Assembly (NCBI GenBank): GCA_963575745.1
Contig: CAUYUJ010000027.1
Coordinates: 1 to 64,000 of the forward strand
Direction: 5' to 3'
Source of the DNA: Prorocentrum cordatum
Taxonomy: Eukaryota
DNA length: 64,000 nucleotides
The notes under the pieces are model-generated. The model saw only the letters and a program-made list of their open reading frames with translations, was not told where the DNA came from and ran no database searches. Shown in pieces: positions 24,601 to 36,100 of this stretch; within the stretch, counting starts at the first letter, position 1, and every line of letters begins with the position of its first letter. Position numbers and translations under genes: made by a program.

Positions 24601-24763
24601 CCCCTACTCCGTGTCCTCTAATATGCCTCTCGTTTGGAGGGATGTGTGCGAAGCCGCGTGGTGCCTGGAGGGTGCTACGATAACCGACGCCGAACTTAGT
24701 GCTGCTGAGGCGCTTACTAGCGCTGTTGTGCATTTGGCGCAGCAGATTCTGGCCGCCAGTTGA
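21683..24763 (+). CDS. Non-LTR reverse transcriptase with C-terminal RNase H (1026 aa, N-terminally truncated)
   Basis: RT motifs GKACGPDG, YGFAGGR, ADIARAFDNV, LRTGGTESP, LWADNL and LSILG. RNase H motifs KGDSLLV, FREDNTRADEL, GYDGG and TDAEL. The first ~10 codons are host-derived. Confidence 0.93.
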   Translation: MQGALRGFLAHAVRTVTCSAERERNAQLVTRLRRAALDSQAVGPTLTPSVIYRARARLRSGKACGPDGVSIELLKALPWRSMRRITAVFQEIYSGRRRTPSSWCDVYLNLMPKMSNMESLDDTRNLIVSNTLGKWYLTAVTILIEDRLALWKSKLGIYGFAGGRHTWEIAAALKGIAQHASIWGKDQSAHIASADIARAFDNVTLSMLARAMDKLEIPARLQYALIEPLAVTNCTIVFEGIQLDGVSWDKSLRTGGTESPLAFNIVVIAMWASVVASLDAQNIGYEIPDPHNPATYHTYNHALWADNLYLVGRNAKEIQKIVDVFTIALADWGMSWKSSSLQILVCGTQDPTPILAQVGDQRVAFTPVESLSILGCVVCKSFLEGHEDLAHRLKCARGSFFAQISYFGCRSVPLKHKYRRYQAQVQSRLLYAGEMFTLDAEAVRTIHAFEGMCLLRMWCRRKPSSLTWGVWRPEMLHKVRQHFAEANFPSAVQMIAWKSWTMMRSIKEYILSDCHRRHVQWRQSASPEEAPSAREHLRQRRQILQEASGRKSWGSPECEGTPQAHVATFAADPGPSQKRVRFADTPSQSFAGVISQVVAESIALSDRLEDVSQELARHIATQDASFNRQTLKRRRLQGLRQGFGGDSLASENIDSGSGSAALLPTLSLPAHDIDHCSPDNRAFVDSRRGLLMYNVEWTTRRDIMAECCRLHGNRTQASTIKRLRAGPERVGQRSWQYPYILTYGSSWWSSVETSYRSFLEMWQNLLCMYDKPKVFLYFVQNWKGTAAYYTPPEMVGDTERIPSEKDTQKLAKRLAIIYERQTVWDIVSPGFGVEIKGDSLLVNNWLTGRWRCDNKQYQRRVDRCINVLDRAAGDLGIRSSGLGKDLYRHEFREDNTRADELTHLAREGHCFYNQYEYMFSFEDFLQPIACRGGYDGGVCSKGTGCGFWLQVGFINHRYDCNKSVSCSPLPSSSPYSVSSNMPLVWRDVCEAAWCLEGATITDAELSAAEALTSAVVHLAQQILAAS

Positions 24764-24796
24764 CCCAGCTGGAACATCGGTCCGAAAACCCAAAAA
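21712..24796 (+). mobile_element. 5'-truncated non-LTR retrotransposon (RT + RNase H) in a beta right end
   Basis: The host reads gagctctacgaggtttcctggc|...|accaggttgacggttcaccgccggcgccag. The 3' end is ccgaaaacccaaaaa. No TSD, small target deletion; the 5' junction is uncertain by a few bp. Confidence 0.9.
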
Positions 24797-24881
24797 ACCA
24801 GGTTGACGGTTCACCGCCGGCGCCAGTTGGCCCAGCCGGCCGTGGCGGACAATGCGACAACTTTTGGTTGTTTTGCAAAAA

Positions 24882-25999
24882 TAACTCGTAGAGCTTCCCT
24901 TAGCAAGTTATTGCTGGAAGCTTAAGAGTAATTCCGGGGAGCTGGAGAGCTAGTTGGCAAGAAAAATCTCGACGGACCTTTTGCTGACTTTTGGTCAGTT
25001 GAAAATTTCGTTCTCGAAATTTGACCATTCGTTAGAGCTCTTGTATTTTTTCCCATGATATTCGATCTTATTCCCGCTCGCCATCTTGATCTCAGCTCGA
25101 TCGGGTAACTTTGAAGGCCAAAAAGCAGGCAGGCGGGAACGGCCGTTTCGAGTCATCTTGATACGCGCTGCCGGTTTTCTCAAGATAACTCGAGCTTCAG
25201 GACAACTACAGAGCTGGTCAGCACAGCTAATGCATTCAGAATGATCAGGCGCGTTCGCCTGTTGAATCCAGAGGTCTGAACTCGGTCTGCTAGCCGAGCT
25301 AGGGTCGCAAACCTATTTGTATTATTCGAGTCATTGTAGCAGACGCTCTCGGTTTTTCGTACTTAACTCGATCAGTAGGGCAGCCACAGAGCTGATAATC
25401 ACAGGAATCGATTGCGAATTATCAGGCGTGTTCGTCTGTTGAATGAAGAGCTCTGAACTCGGCCTGCTTCCCGAGATAGGTTCGCGAACCTATTGGTATT
25501 GTTCGAGTTATCTTGAGAAGTGCTCTCGGTTTTCTGTACTTAAATCGTGCTGGGAGGGTTAGAGTGCTGCTGGTCACAGAAATCGATTTCGAGACATCAG
25601 GCGCGTCCGTTCGTCGAACCGAGAGCTCGGAACTCGGTCTGCTGCTCGAACGAGATCCGCGAAACTGTTGTATTATTCGAGTCATCTTGAGAGGAACTCT
25701 CGGTTTTCTGCACTTAACTCAGGCTGTATGGGGGGCTGCAGAGCTGTTTATCACAGAAATCGATCCGCAAACATCAGACGCGTCCGCCTGTCGCATTCAG
25801 AGGTCTGAACTCGGTTTCATACTCGAGCTCGATTGGAGAACTGTTCGTTTGTTTTGTTAGAGTCACCTTGAGAGGTCTATAGTCGCTTGGGCTGAAAAAC
25901 TAGTCGTTCTCTGAAATTCTTTACCACATTATATAGTGTCAGGAAGCTCTACGAGTCCCCCGGCGGTAAGAAAGGTTGACGGTTTACCGCCGGCGCCCA
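24882..25999 (+). mobile_element. Complete alpha element nested in a beta element
   Basis: Both termini are present (terminal g missing). The host rejoins as ttttgcaaaaa|tttgagagatatttga. Confidence 0.82.
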
Positions 26000-27405
26000 T
26001 TTGAGAGATATTTGATCATTTCTTTTGATAAAGCAGATTCATACGCCGAGCATTGGCATATGAAGATCTCTCTGACAGCAGCTCAGCTCTCTCGATGAAT
26101 TTTTGCATGAGTTGACTCCCGGGAACTGAGCGAATATGAATTTCGAAAAAATCGAATTTCAAGATTTTCGAACCTTTTGGTGACTTTTGGTCGGTTGGAA
26201 ATTTTCTTTTCGGAATTTGAACATCCGTTAGAGCTCTAGTATTTTCCCTGTGATATTCGATCTTTTCCCCGCTCGCCATCTCAATCTCAGCTCGATGGGG
26301 TACCTTTTACCGTCAAAAAGCACACGGGCGGGATCGGTCGTTTCGAGTCATCTTGACACGCGATGATAATGCTTCAGAACTGGTAAGCACAGCTAATCGA
26401 TTCAGAATGATGAGGCGCGTTCGCCTGTTGATGCTAGAGGTCTGAACTCAGTCTGTCAGCCGAGCTAGGTCCGCAAACCTATTCGTATTATTCGAGTCAT
26501 CTTGACAGACGCTCTCGCTTGTCTGTGCTTAACTCGAACTACAGGACAGCTACAGAGCTGATACGTACAGAATCTGATTCAGAATCATGAGTTGCCGTTG
26601 TCTGTTGAATTCAGAGCTCTGAACTCGGTCTGCTGCCCGATCTAGAATCGCGAAACTATTCGTATTATTCGAGTTATCTTGAGAGATGCTGTCGGTTCTC
26701 TGCACTTAACTCGGGCTGTAGGAGCGCTGCATGGCTGCTAATCACTGGAATCGATTCGGACACATCAGGCGCGTCCGCCTTTCGAATCCAGAGCGAACTC
26801 TACCTGCTGCCCGAACTAGTTTCTCGAAACTACTCATATTGTTCGAGTCGTCCTGAGAGGTGTTGTCGGTTTCCTGCACTTAACTCGGGCTGTAGGCGGG
26901 GCTGCAGGGCTTGTAATCACGGGAATCGATTGAGAGACATCAGACCGTACGCCTGTCGCATGCAGAGGTCTGAACTCGGACAGGTCTGAACTCGGTCTGA
27001 TACTCGAGATTTGACCATTTATTTTGAGAAAGCAGATTTTTACGCCGAGCATTGGCATATAAACTTTTAACAGTAGTTCAGCTCTCTCGATGCATTTGTG
27101 CATGAGTTGACCTCCAGGAACTGAGCGAATATGAACATCGAAAAAAATTGTATTTGAAGATTTTCGAAAAATCTCATTTTTTTTGATTCTGTGTCGATTC
27201 TTCAACAGGGGGAGCTCTACGAGGTTCCCGGCGGTGACCAGGTTGACGGTTCACCGCGGGCGCCAGTTCCATCCGAGAGGTCTGACATTGCTTTGGCTGA
27301 GAAACTATTCTTTCTGTGTAATTTTTTTCGACATTATATGTTGTCAGGCAGCTCTACGAGTCCCCCGGCGTTAACAAAGGTTGACGGTTTACCGCCGGCG
27401 CCCAG

Positions 27406-28461
27406 TAACTCGTAGAGCTTCCCTTAGCAAGTTTTTGTTGGAAGCTTAAGAGTAGTTCCGGGGCGCTGGAGAGCTAGTTGACACGAAAAATCTCGACGGA
27501 CCTTTTGCTGACTTTTGGTCGGAGAAAAATTTTGTTCTCAAAATTTGAACATTCGTTAGAGCTCTAGTATTTTTTCCCATGATATTCGATCTTTTTCCCG
27601 CTCGCCATCTCGACCTCAGCTCGATCGGGTAGCTTTTACTGCCAAAAAGCAGACAGGCGGGATCGGCCGTTTCGAGTTATCTTGATAGGCGGCGACGTTT
27701 TTCGAAAAATAACTCGAGTTTCAGGACAGCTACAGAGCTGGTAAGCACAGCTAATCGATTCAGAATGATCAGGCGCGTTCGCGTGTTGAACCCAGAGGTC
27801 TGAACTCGGTCTGCTAGCCGAACTAGGTCTGCAAACCTATTCGTATTATTCGAGTCATCTTGACAGAGGTTCTCAGTTTTCTGTACTTAAGTCGAGCTGT
27901 AGGACAGCTACAGAGCTGATGCGTACAGAATCTGATTCAGAATCATCAGTGACCGTTGTCTGTTGAATTCAGAGCTCTGAATTCGGTCTTCTGCCCGATC
28001 TAGAACCGCGAAACTATTTGTATTGTTCGAGTCATCTTGAGAGATGCTGTCGTTTCTCTGCACTTAACTCGGGCTGTAGGGGGCTGCGTGGCTGGTAATC
28101 ACTGGAATCGATTTGGAGACATCAGACGCGTCCGCCTTTCGAACCCAGACCTCCGAACTCTGCCTGCTGCCCAAACTAGGTCCGCGAAACTATTCGTATT
28201 GTTCGAGTCATCCTGAGAGGTGCTGTCGGTTCCCTGCACTTAACTCGGGCTGTAGGGGGGCTGCAGGGCCGGGCCGGTAATCGCAGGAATCGATTCAGAG
28301 ACATCAGAGGCGTCCGCCTGTCGCATGCAGGAGAGGTGTGAAATTGCTTGGGCTGAAAAACTACTTTTTCTCTGCAATTTTTTGCATCATTATATGTTGT
28401 CAGGAAGCTCCACGAGCCCCCCGGCGGTAACAAAGGTTGACGGTTTACCGCCGGCGCCCAG
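27406..28461 (+). mobile_element. Complete alpha element
   Basis: Both termini are present; it abuts the previous right end. Confidence 0.82.
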
Positions 28462-28500
28462 TGGGCGCAACCATGTTGAAAATTGAAGATTTGAAGGAAA

Positions 28501-28866
28501 TACCTCGTAGAGCTCTTCGCCATTGATGAGCTAGAGGAATTCCGGCGCGGGGTGGAGCTAGTTGGCCGACCCGGCCAGAAAGGACAATGTGACAACTTTT
28601 GGGTGGTTTTCCGATTTTTTGAAAGATATTTGAGAATGAACGACTATGAGGTCCTCTCTGTCTTAGTATGAGCTCTGTAGGCGCACTTTTACTATGAAAA
28701 CACTTGGAGGAACCATCTCGATGTCGACACGAAAAAAACAACAATTTTTCTTTTTTTCGAGAAATGTTTCTAGAAGCTCTTTCTTTCGACTCTGAGCACC
28801 CTTACGCGTGAAATAAGCTCTACGAGGTTCTCGGCGGTGACCAGGTTGACCGTTCACCGGCGCCAG
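28501..28866 (+). mobile_element. Complete beta element (internally shortened)
   Basis: Both termini are present. Confidence 0.8.
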
Positions 28867-31066
28867 TCTACTGCAAAAGTTCTCTGCTTCGATTCTGGCT
28901 GTTCTAAGGGTAAGGAACTCTACGGGGTTTCTGGGGGTGACTGGGTTGACGGCTCGCCGCTGGCGCCAGTTCCGGGGCGCTGGAGAGCTAGTTGGCAAGA
29001 AAAATCTTGACGGACCTTTTGGTGACTTTTGGTCAGAAAATTTTGTTCTCGAAATTTGACCATTTGTTAGAGCTCTAGTATTTTTCCCCGTGATATTCGA
29101 CCCCGTTCCCGCTCGCCATCTCGATCTCAGCTCGATCGGGTACCTTTCACTGCCAATAAGCACACGGGAGGGATCGGCCGTTTCGAGTCATCTTGATACG
29201 CGGTGACGGTTTCCTTAATATAACTCGAGCTTCAGGACAGCTACAGAGCTAACAAGCACAGATAACTGATTCAGAATCATCAGGCGCGTTTGTCTGTTGA
29301 ACAGAGAGGTCTGAACTCGGTCTGCTAGCCGAGCTAGGTCCGCAAACCTATTGTATTATTCGAGTCATCTTGACAGACGCTCTCGGTTTTCCGCTCGAGT
29401 TACAGGACAGCTACAGAGCTGATGCGTACAAGATCATTGAGAATCATTAGTGGCCGTTGTCTGTTAAATCTAGAGCTGAACTCGGTCTGCTGCCCGATCT
29501 GGAATCGCGAAACTATTCGTATTGTTCGAGTCATTTTTAAGAGATGCTGCCGGTTCTCTGCACTTCAACTCGGGCTGTAGGGGCGGCTGCATGGCTGGTG
29601 ATCACTGGAATCGATTCGGAGACATCAGACGCGTCCGTCTTTCGAATCGAGAGCTCCGAACTCTGTCTGCTGCCCGAACTAGGTCCGCAAAACTATTCGT
29701 ATTGTTCGAGTCATTCTGAGAAATGCTGTCAGTTTCCTGCACTTACCTCGGGCTGTAGGGGGCTGCCGGGCAGTAATCACAGGAATCGATTCAGAGACAT
29801 CAGACGCGTCCGCCTGTCGCATGCAGAGGTCTGAACTCGGTCTGATACTCGAGCTAGGTTTGCCAAAGTATTCGTATTTGATTGGGCTACAAAAATTATT
29901 CGTTCTCAACAATTTTCCTTCCACATTATATTGTCAGGAAGCTCTACGAATCCCCGAGTGGTAAGAAAGGTTGACGGTTTACCGCAGGCGCCCATTGGAC
30001 CGCCCGGCCAGAAAGGACAAATTGGTGACTTTTGGTCGCTTTTAGAAAGCAGATTTTTGCGCGTCGCATTGGCATATAAACTCCTCTCTGACAGCAGCTC
30101 AGCTCTCCCGATGCATGTTTCCATGAGTTCACTTCCGGGAACTGAGCGAATATGAACATCGAAAAAATTGAAATGAAGATTTTCAAAAAATCTCTATATT
30201 TTCACTCTGTTCCGATTTTCTGCACTCTTACTAGTGAGAGGAGCTCTACGAGGTCGACGAGGTTGACGGTTCACCGCCGGCGCCAGTTTCCCGTCCCCGA
30301 GAGTGTCTTCGCTCTCCGGGTGTTGGACGCTACCAAGTCGGTCGCATACGAATAGTTTTCCGGACCTAGCTCGAGTAGCGGACTCTGTTCAGAGCTCTGG
30401 TCGCTTCAGCCGAACGCCCCCGATGATTCTGGACCGCTTTCTGTGCGCACCAGCTCTGTAGCTGTGCTAGAGCTCGAGTTAAGTACAGAATACCGACAGC
30501 GGCTCTAAAGAGAACATAAGAAATACGAATAGTGTCGTGGATCTAGCTCGAGTAGCAGACCGAGTTCAGGCCTCTTGATGCAACAGACGAACGCGCCTGG
30601 TGATACTGAATCGGTTTATGTTCGAACCAGCTCTGTACCTCCTCTGAATCTTGAGTTCAGTACAGAATACCGACAGCACTGGTCAAAATGACTCGAAGAA
30701 TACAAACAGTTTTACGGACCTAGCTCGAGTAGCAGACCGAGATCAGACCTCTGGATGCAACAGACGAACGCGCCTGATGATTCTGAATCGGTTTCTGTAA
30801 GTACAGCTCTGTAGCTCTCCGAAATCTCGAGTTAAGTACAGAAAACCGTGAACGCGTGTCAAGATGACTCGGAACATAGTCGGTTGCTGCAAGTGTTTTG
30901 ATAGTAATACTGCACCTAAGGACCTGAGAATTTGACTGGCAGACGCGGCATAACCCACTACAGGTGCGAAAAATCTGGTTTCCCAAAATGAACTGTCAAA
31001 TATCTTCAAATATCAGCAAAACTGACCCCAGGTCACCACATTGTCTCTTAACGTCGGGTCTGCCAA

Positions 31067-31470
31067 CTGGGAACCGGCGGTAAACCGTCAACCAGGTAAC
31101 CGCCGGGCACCTCGTAGAGCTCTCTTGTTGCACAGCGCTCCTCGGAACATGAAGGAAGCTTCTAAAGCGAGAGCCGAAAAATTCGAAAAATCATGATTTT
31201 TCGGTTTCCATCCAAAAGCGGTTCCTGCAGGTCTTTCGATAGTAATATTGCAGCTACGGACCTGAAAATTTAATTGGCAGACGCTGCATAACCCACTACA
31301 CGTGCGAAAAATCTGGTTTCTCAAAATGAATTGTCAGATATCTTTCAAATCTTGGCAAAACCGACCCAAAGTCACCACTTTGTCTCTTAAGGCCGGGTCG
31401 GCCAACTAGCTCCATCCCGCGCCGGAATGAATTCCTCTAGCTCATCGATGCCGAGGAGCTCTACGAGGTA
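31067..31470 (-). mobile_element. Beta-type element nested in another minus-strand beta-type element (~30287-31531)
   Basis: Reverse-complement termini; the host rejoins as gagctag|ttggc on the minus strand. Confidence 0.8.
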
Positions 31471-31639
31471 CTAGCTCCACCCCGCGCCGGAATTCCTCTA
31501 GCTCATCGATAACGAAGAGCTCTACGAGGTTCTGGGATCCTGCGGTAAACCGTCAACCAGGTAACCGCCGGGAGCCTCGTAGAGCTCTGTTCTCGCGCGG
31601 CGCTGCTCGGATCACACGAAAAAAAACTTTCTCAAGCGT

Positions 31640-34600
31640 GAAGACTAGTTTCGAGGATCTAGATGCCCGAACTCGGTCTGCTTCCAAAGCTGGGCCCGAG
31701 AACATATTTTAAGAGATGAAGGCGACTTCCTCTAGATAGCTCGAGCTGCAGATGAGCTGCAGAGCTGTTTGGCACAACAATCGAAGGACATCATCAGAAG
31801 CGCTAGTCTCGAGTATCTAGATGCTCGAACTTGGTCTGCTGGGTCAGAACAACTGTTCGTACTCTGCTAATTTTGTAAGCGATGGTGATGACTTTCTTGA
31901 GATAACTCGAGCTGCAGATAAGCAACACAGCTGTTTGGCACAACAATCGATAGGAACTCATCATAAGCGCTAGTCTCAAGTATCTAGATGCTTGGATTCG
32001 GTCTGCTTCCAGAGTTGGAAACACGCAACTATGTGTACTTTACCTTTTCCCGAGATGACGATGCCTTCCTTGATGTAGCTCGAGCTCCAAATTAGATTAG
32101 AGAAGTTTGGCACAGCAATCAGACGAATATTATCAGGGACGCTAATTGCAAGTATCTACATGTTTGAAATCGGTCTTCTACCAGCGCTGGAACGAAACAA
32201 CTATTCGTACTCCTGCTCCTCGTTGCTCCATCTCTTCCGCCTCTTCCTCCTTCATCTGCTCCTTCGCGTCTTTCTCCTTCTGCTCCTTCTCTTCCCCCTT
32301 CTGCTCATCTTTGCTCATCTTCATCATCGTCTTCGTGCCTCTTCTTCCCCATCCACCCTTCCCCCTCCTGCTCGTCATCCTCCTTGTCCGCCTCCCCCTC
32401 CTTCTCTTCCGCCTGCGCCTTCTCCTCCTTCTTCTTCTCTTCCTCAGCCACCTCTATCTCCTTCTCGTCCTCGCTACTTCTTCTCCTCCGTGCCCCTCTC
32501 CGTGAAAACGCGCCGTCACGCGCGCGGAATGCGAGATTGCCGCGCCCGCTTCGCATTCATGTATACCGAGGAGGCTCCACGAGTTCCCGGTAACCAAGGT
32601 TGACGGGTTACCGCCGGCTTGCAGTTTTCAAGAGCTAACGATGTCTTTCGTGATTTAACTCGAGCTGCAAATGAGCTACAGAGAAATGTTCGGCACAGCA
32701 ATGAAACAAAGTGTTCAGGCGCGCTAGTCTCAAGTATCTAGATGTCTGAGCTCGCTTGGCTACCAGAGCTGGGTCCGAAAAACTATTCGTACTCTGTTGA
32801 TTTTTGCAGGAGATGATGATGATTTTCTGGATGTTTCTCGAGCTGCAGATGCTCTACACAGTTGTTTTGCACAGCAATCGGATGAGCATCAGCAGAAGTG
32901 CTATTCCTGTGTTTCGAAACGTCCGAGATCGGTCTGCTAGCAGAGCCGGAACCAAATAACTATTCGCACCCTGCATTCGTTAAGAAGATGATACTCTTCT
33001 CGACCCCATTCGAGCTGTAGGCTGACTAAGAAGCTGAGAAGCACTTCTCGTCAATTCCCTTCCTCCCCCACTGCCCTCGCGCGAGCGGAATGCAAGATTG
33101 CCGCGCCCGCATCTACTTCATGTATTATTTCGCATGTAAGCTCTTCGAGTTCTCAGCGGTAACCAAGGTTGGCGGCTTGCCACTGGCTCCCAGTTTAGCA
33201 TAATTTTGGTCGGTTTAAAGCCGATTTATAGAAATATGTCTAGTACTGTTGCCCCCCCATATTCGATCTCATTCCCGCTCGCCATCTTAATCTCAGGTCG
33301 ATCGGGTAGATGTTACTGTCACAAAGAACTCTGGTGGGATCGGCTGTTTAGTGTGATCTTAGCAGATGCTGACGGTTTCCTGAACTTAACTCGAGCTTTA
33401 GACGAGCTACAGAGCTGACAGGCACACATGATCAATCAAGAACCATCAGGCGCGCTAGTCTCTAGTATCTAGATGTCCGAACTCGGTCTGTTACTAGAGC
33501 TACGACCAACGAACTATTCGCACCCTGCTAATTTTTCCCAGACATGATGGTCTTCTTGACTGAACTCGAGCTGAAGATGAGCTGCAGAGCTGGTCGGCAC
33601 AGCAATCGAAATCTAATCCTCATAAGCCCTCGTCTGAAGTATCGAGATGCCCCAACTCGCTCTGCTACCCCAGCTGGGTCCGAAAAGTATTCGTTATCTG
33701 CTATATATTTATATATTAATTAAGAAAAAGCGGATGATGAGTTTCTTGATGTCACTCGGCTGGAGATGGACCGCAGAGCTGTTTGGCTCAGCAATCGAAA
33801 GGAACTCATCAGAAGCGCTAGTCTCAGGTATCTAGATGTCAGAACTCGCTCTGCTACCAGGGCTGGGTCCGAAAAACTATTCGTACTCTGCTATTTTGTC
33901 AAACAAATGGTGGCTTTCTTGATGTGGCTCGAGCTGCGGGTGAGCTACACAGCTGTTCTGCACATCAATCGGAGGGACATAATCAGAGGCGCTATTTGTG
34001 AGTATCTAGACGTCTGAGATCGGTCTGCTACCAGAGCTGGAACCAAATAACTAGTTGCCCGAAATGGTCATATTTTCTCTATTTCATTCGAGCTGTAGGC
34101 TGGCTAAGAAGCTGAGAAGCACTTCTCGAATCTCCTGCTCCCCACTCCCCCTTCTCCTTCGCCTCCTCCTTCGTCTTATTATTCTCCCTCCTCTCCCCTC
34201 TTTATTCTTCCCCTGCTCCTTCTTCCCTTCCTTCCTTTCCTCCTTCCTCCTTCATGTGCTCCTTCTCCTGTTTCTTCTCTCCTCTTTCTCCTCCTCGTCA
34301 TTCTCCCCCCTTCAGCATCATCGTCCCCCTTCTTTCCCTCCACCCTTCCCCCTTCTGCTTGGAATCCTTCCCTGCTTCTTCTCCTCCTCCTTCGTCTTTT
34401 CCTCAGCCTCCTCCATCTCCTGCTCCCCCTCGCTCCTTCTTCCCCTCTGCGGCCTCCTCCGTGAAACCGCGCCCCCGCGCGAGCGGAATGCGAGGTTGCC
34501 GCGCCTGCATCTCACTCGTGTATATCGCAGGGAAGCTCTGCGAGTTCCCGGCGGTAGCCAAGGTTGACCGCTTACCGCTGGCTCCCAGTTTTTGATTTAT

Positions 34601-36100
34601 CCGAAATGGATTTCTCGAAATTTGAGAGGTCGTTAGAACTCCTAATATTTTTTTCCCCATATTCAATCTTATTCCCGCTCGCCATCTTGATCTCAGGTAG
34701 ATGGTACACATTACTATCCAAAAGCATTCAGCTGGAATCGGCTGTTTAGTGTCATATCGGCAGGTGCTGTCGGTGTTCTCAACTTAACTCGAGTGGTAGT
34801 GGAGATGCAGAGCTGGCACCGAACTCGGTCTGCTACTAGAACCAGGACGGTCAAACTATTCGTGCTCTGCTGGTATCTTTGAGATGATGATCAATTTCCT
34901 GATGTAGCTCGAGCTGCAGATGAGCTACAGAGCTGTTTGGCACACCAATCGAAAGGGAATAGTATGAAGCGCTAGTCCCGAGTATTGATGCCCGAACTCG
35001 CTCTGCCCCCAGAGCTGTGCCCGAAAAACTATTCGTACGCTGCTAATTTCTTAAGAGATGATGATGATTTTGTGGATTCAACTCGAGCTGCAGATGAGCT
35101 ACAGAGCTGTCTGGCACAGCAATTGAAAGGAAATCATCAAAAACGTTAGTCTGAAGTATCTAGATGCCCGCGCTCGGTCTGCTACCAGAGCTGGTCCCGA
35201 ACAACTATTTGTACTCTGATAATCTCTTAGAGATGGTGATGAGTTTCTTGATGTACCTCGAGCTGCAGATGAGCGGCAGAGCTGTTTGTCACAGCAATCG
35301 AAAGGCAATCATTAGAAGCGATAGTCGTCTCGAGCATGTAGATGCCCGAATTCGGTCTGCTGCCAGAGTCGGGTCCGACAAACTATTTGTACTATGCGAT
35401 TTTTTTTCAGAGATTATGATGGCTTTCTTGAGATAGCTCGAGCTGTAGATGAGCTACAGAGCTGTTTGGCACAGCATTCGAAAGTAGATTTTCAGGCGCG
35501 CTAGTTCCAAATATCTAGATGTCTGTACTCGCTCTGCTACCAGAGCTGGCATCGAGCTGCAGATGAGCTGCAGAGCTGTTCGGTACAGCAATCAGACGAA
35601 TATTATCAGGGGCGCTAGTTGCAAGTATCTACATGTTTGAAATCGGTCTTCTGCCAGCGCTGGAACCAAACAACTATTCGTACTCCTGCTCCTCGTCCTC
35701 TTCCTTCTCTCCTTCTCCTCCTCTTCTTCCTTCTTCATCTGCTCCTTCGTCTCTTTCTCCTCCTGCTTCTTCTCTCCCTCCCTCTCCTCATCTTCCTCCT
35801 TGATCATCATCATTATCGTCCCTCTTCTCCCCCTCCACCCTTCCCCGTCCTGCTCGTTTTCCTCCGCCTGCTCCTTCTCCTCCGCCTGCTCCTTCTCCTC
35901 CTCCTTCGTCTCTTCCTCAGCCTCCTCAATCTCCTTCTCCTTCTCGGTCCGTCTTCTCCTCCGTGTCCTCCGCCATGAAACCGCGCCCTCGCGCGCGCGG
36001 AATGCGAGATTGCCGCGCCCGCAATCCATTCATGTATATCGAGGAAGCTCTACGAGTTCCCGGCGGTAACCAAGGTTGACGGTTTACCGCCGGCTCCCAG
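31640..36100 (+). mobile_element. Older related family (delta): diverged internal repeats, CT-rich tract, degenerate hairpin right ends
   Basis: Right ends finish at about 32624, 33193, 34588 and 36100, each preceded by cgcgc..gcggaatgcRagRttgccgcgcc. Confidence 0.7.

Larger units (their letters stand above)
1..30286 (+). mobile_element. Nested cluster of non-autonomous subTIR+hairpin elements (families alpha and beta), Helentron/Helitron2-like
   Basis: About 29 copies of the right-end motif (g)agctctacgag..ccggcggtRa-loop-tYaccgccgg-cgcc(c)ag and 11 left ends. Where both flanks are visible, the sequence after a right end usually continues an interrupted element. No transposase ORF is present, so the superfamily call rests on terminal structure only. 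Confidence 0.8.

Noticed and set aside
21683..24763. Bacterial-type RT system (retron, DGR, group II intron) or LTR element
   Set aside because: The RT motifs, 5' truncation, TSDs in related copies and the APE in the long copy all indicate a non-LTR retrotransposon. No LTRs or integrase are seen.
1..30286. CRISPR-like or integron-cassette array (conserved hairpin repeat separated by variable DNA)
   Set aside because: The intervening DNA is 0.3-1.8 kb of related repeats, not unique spacers or genes. There is no cas or integrase gene, and nested insertion explains the junctions.
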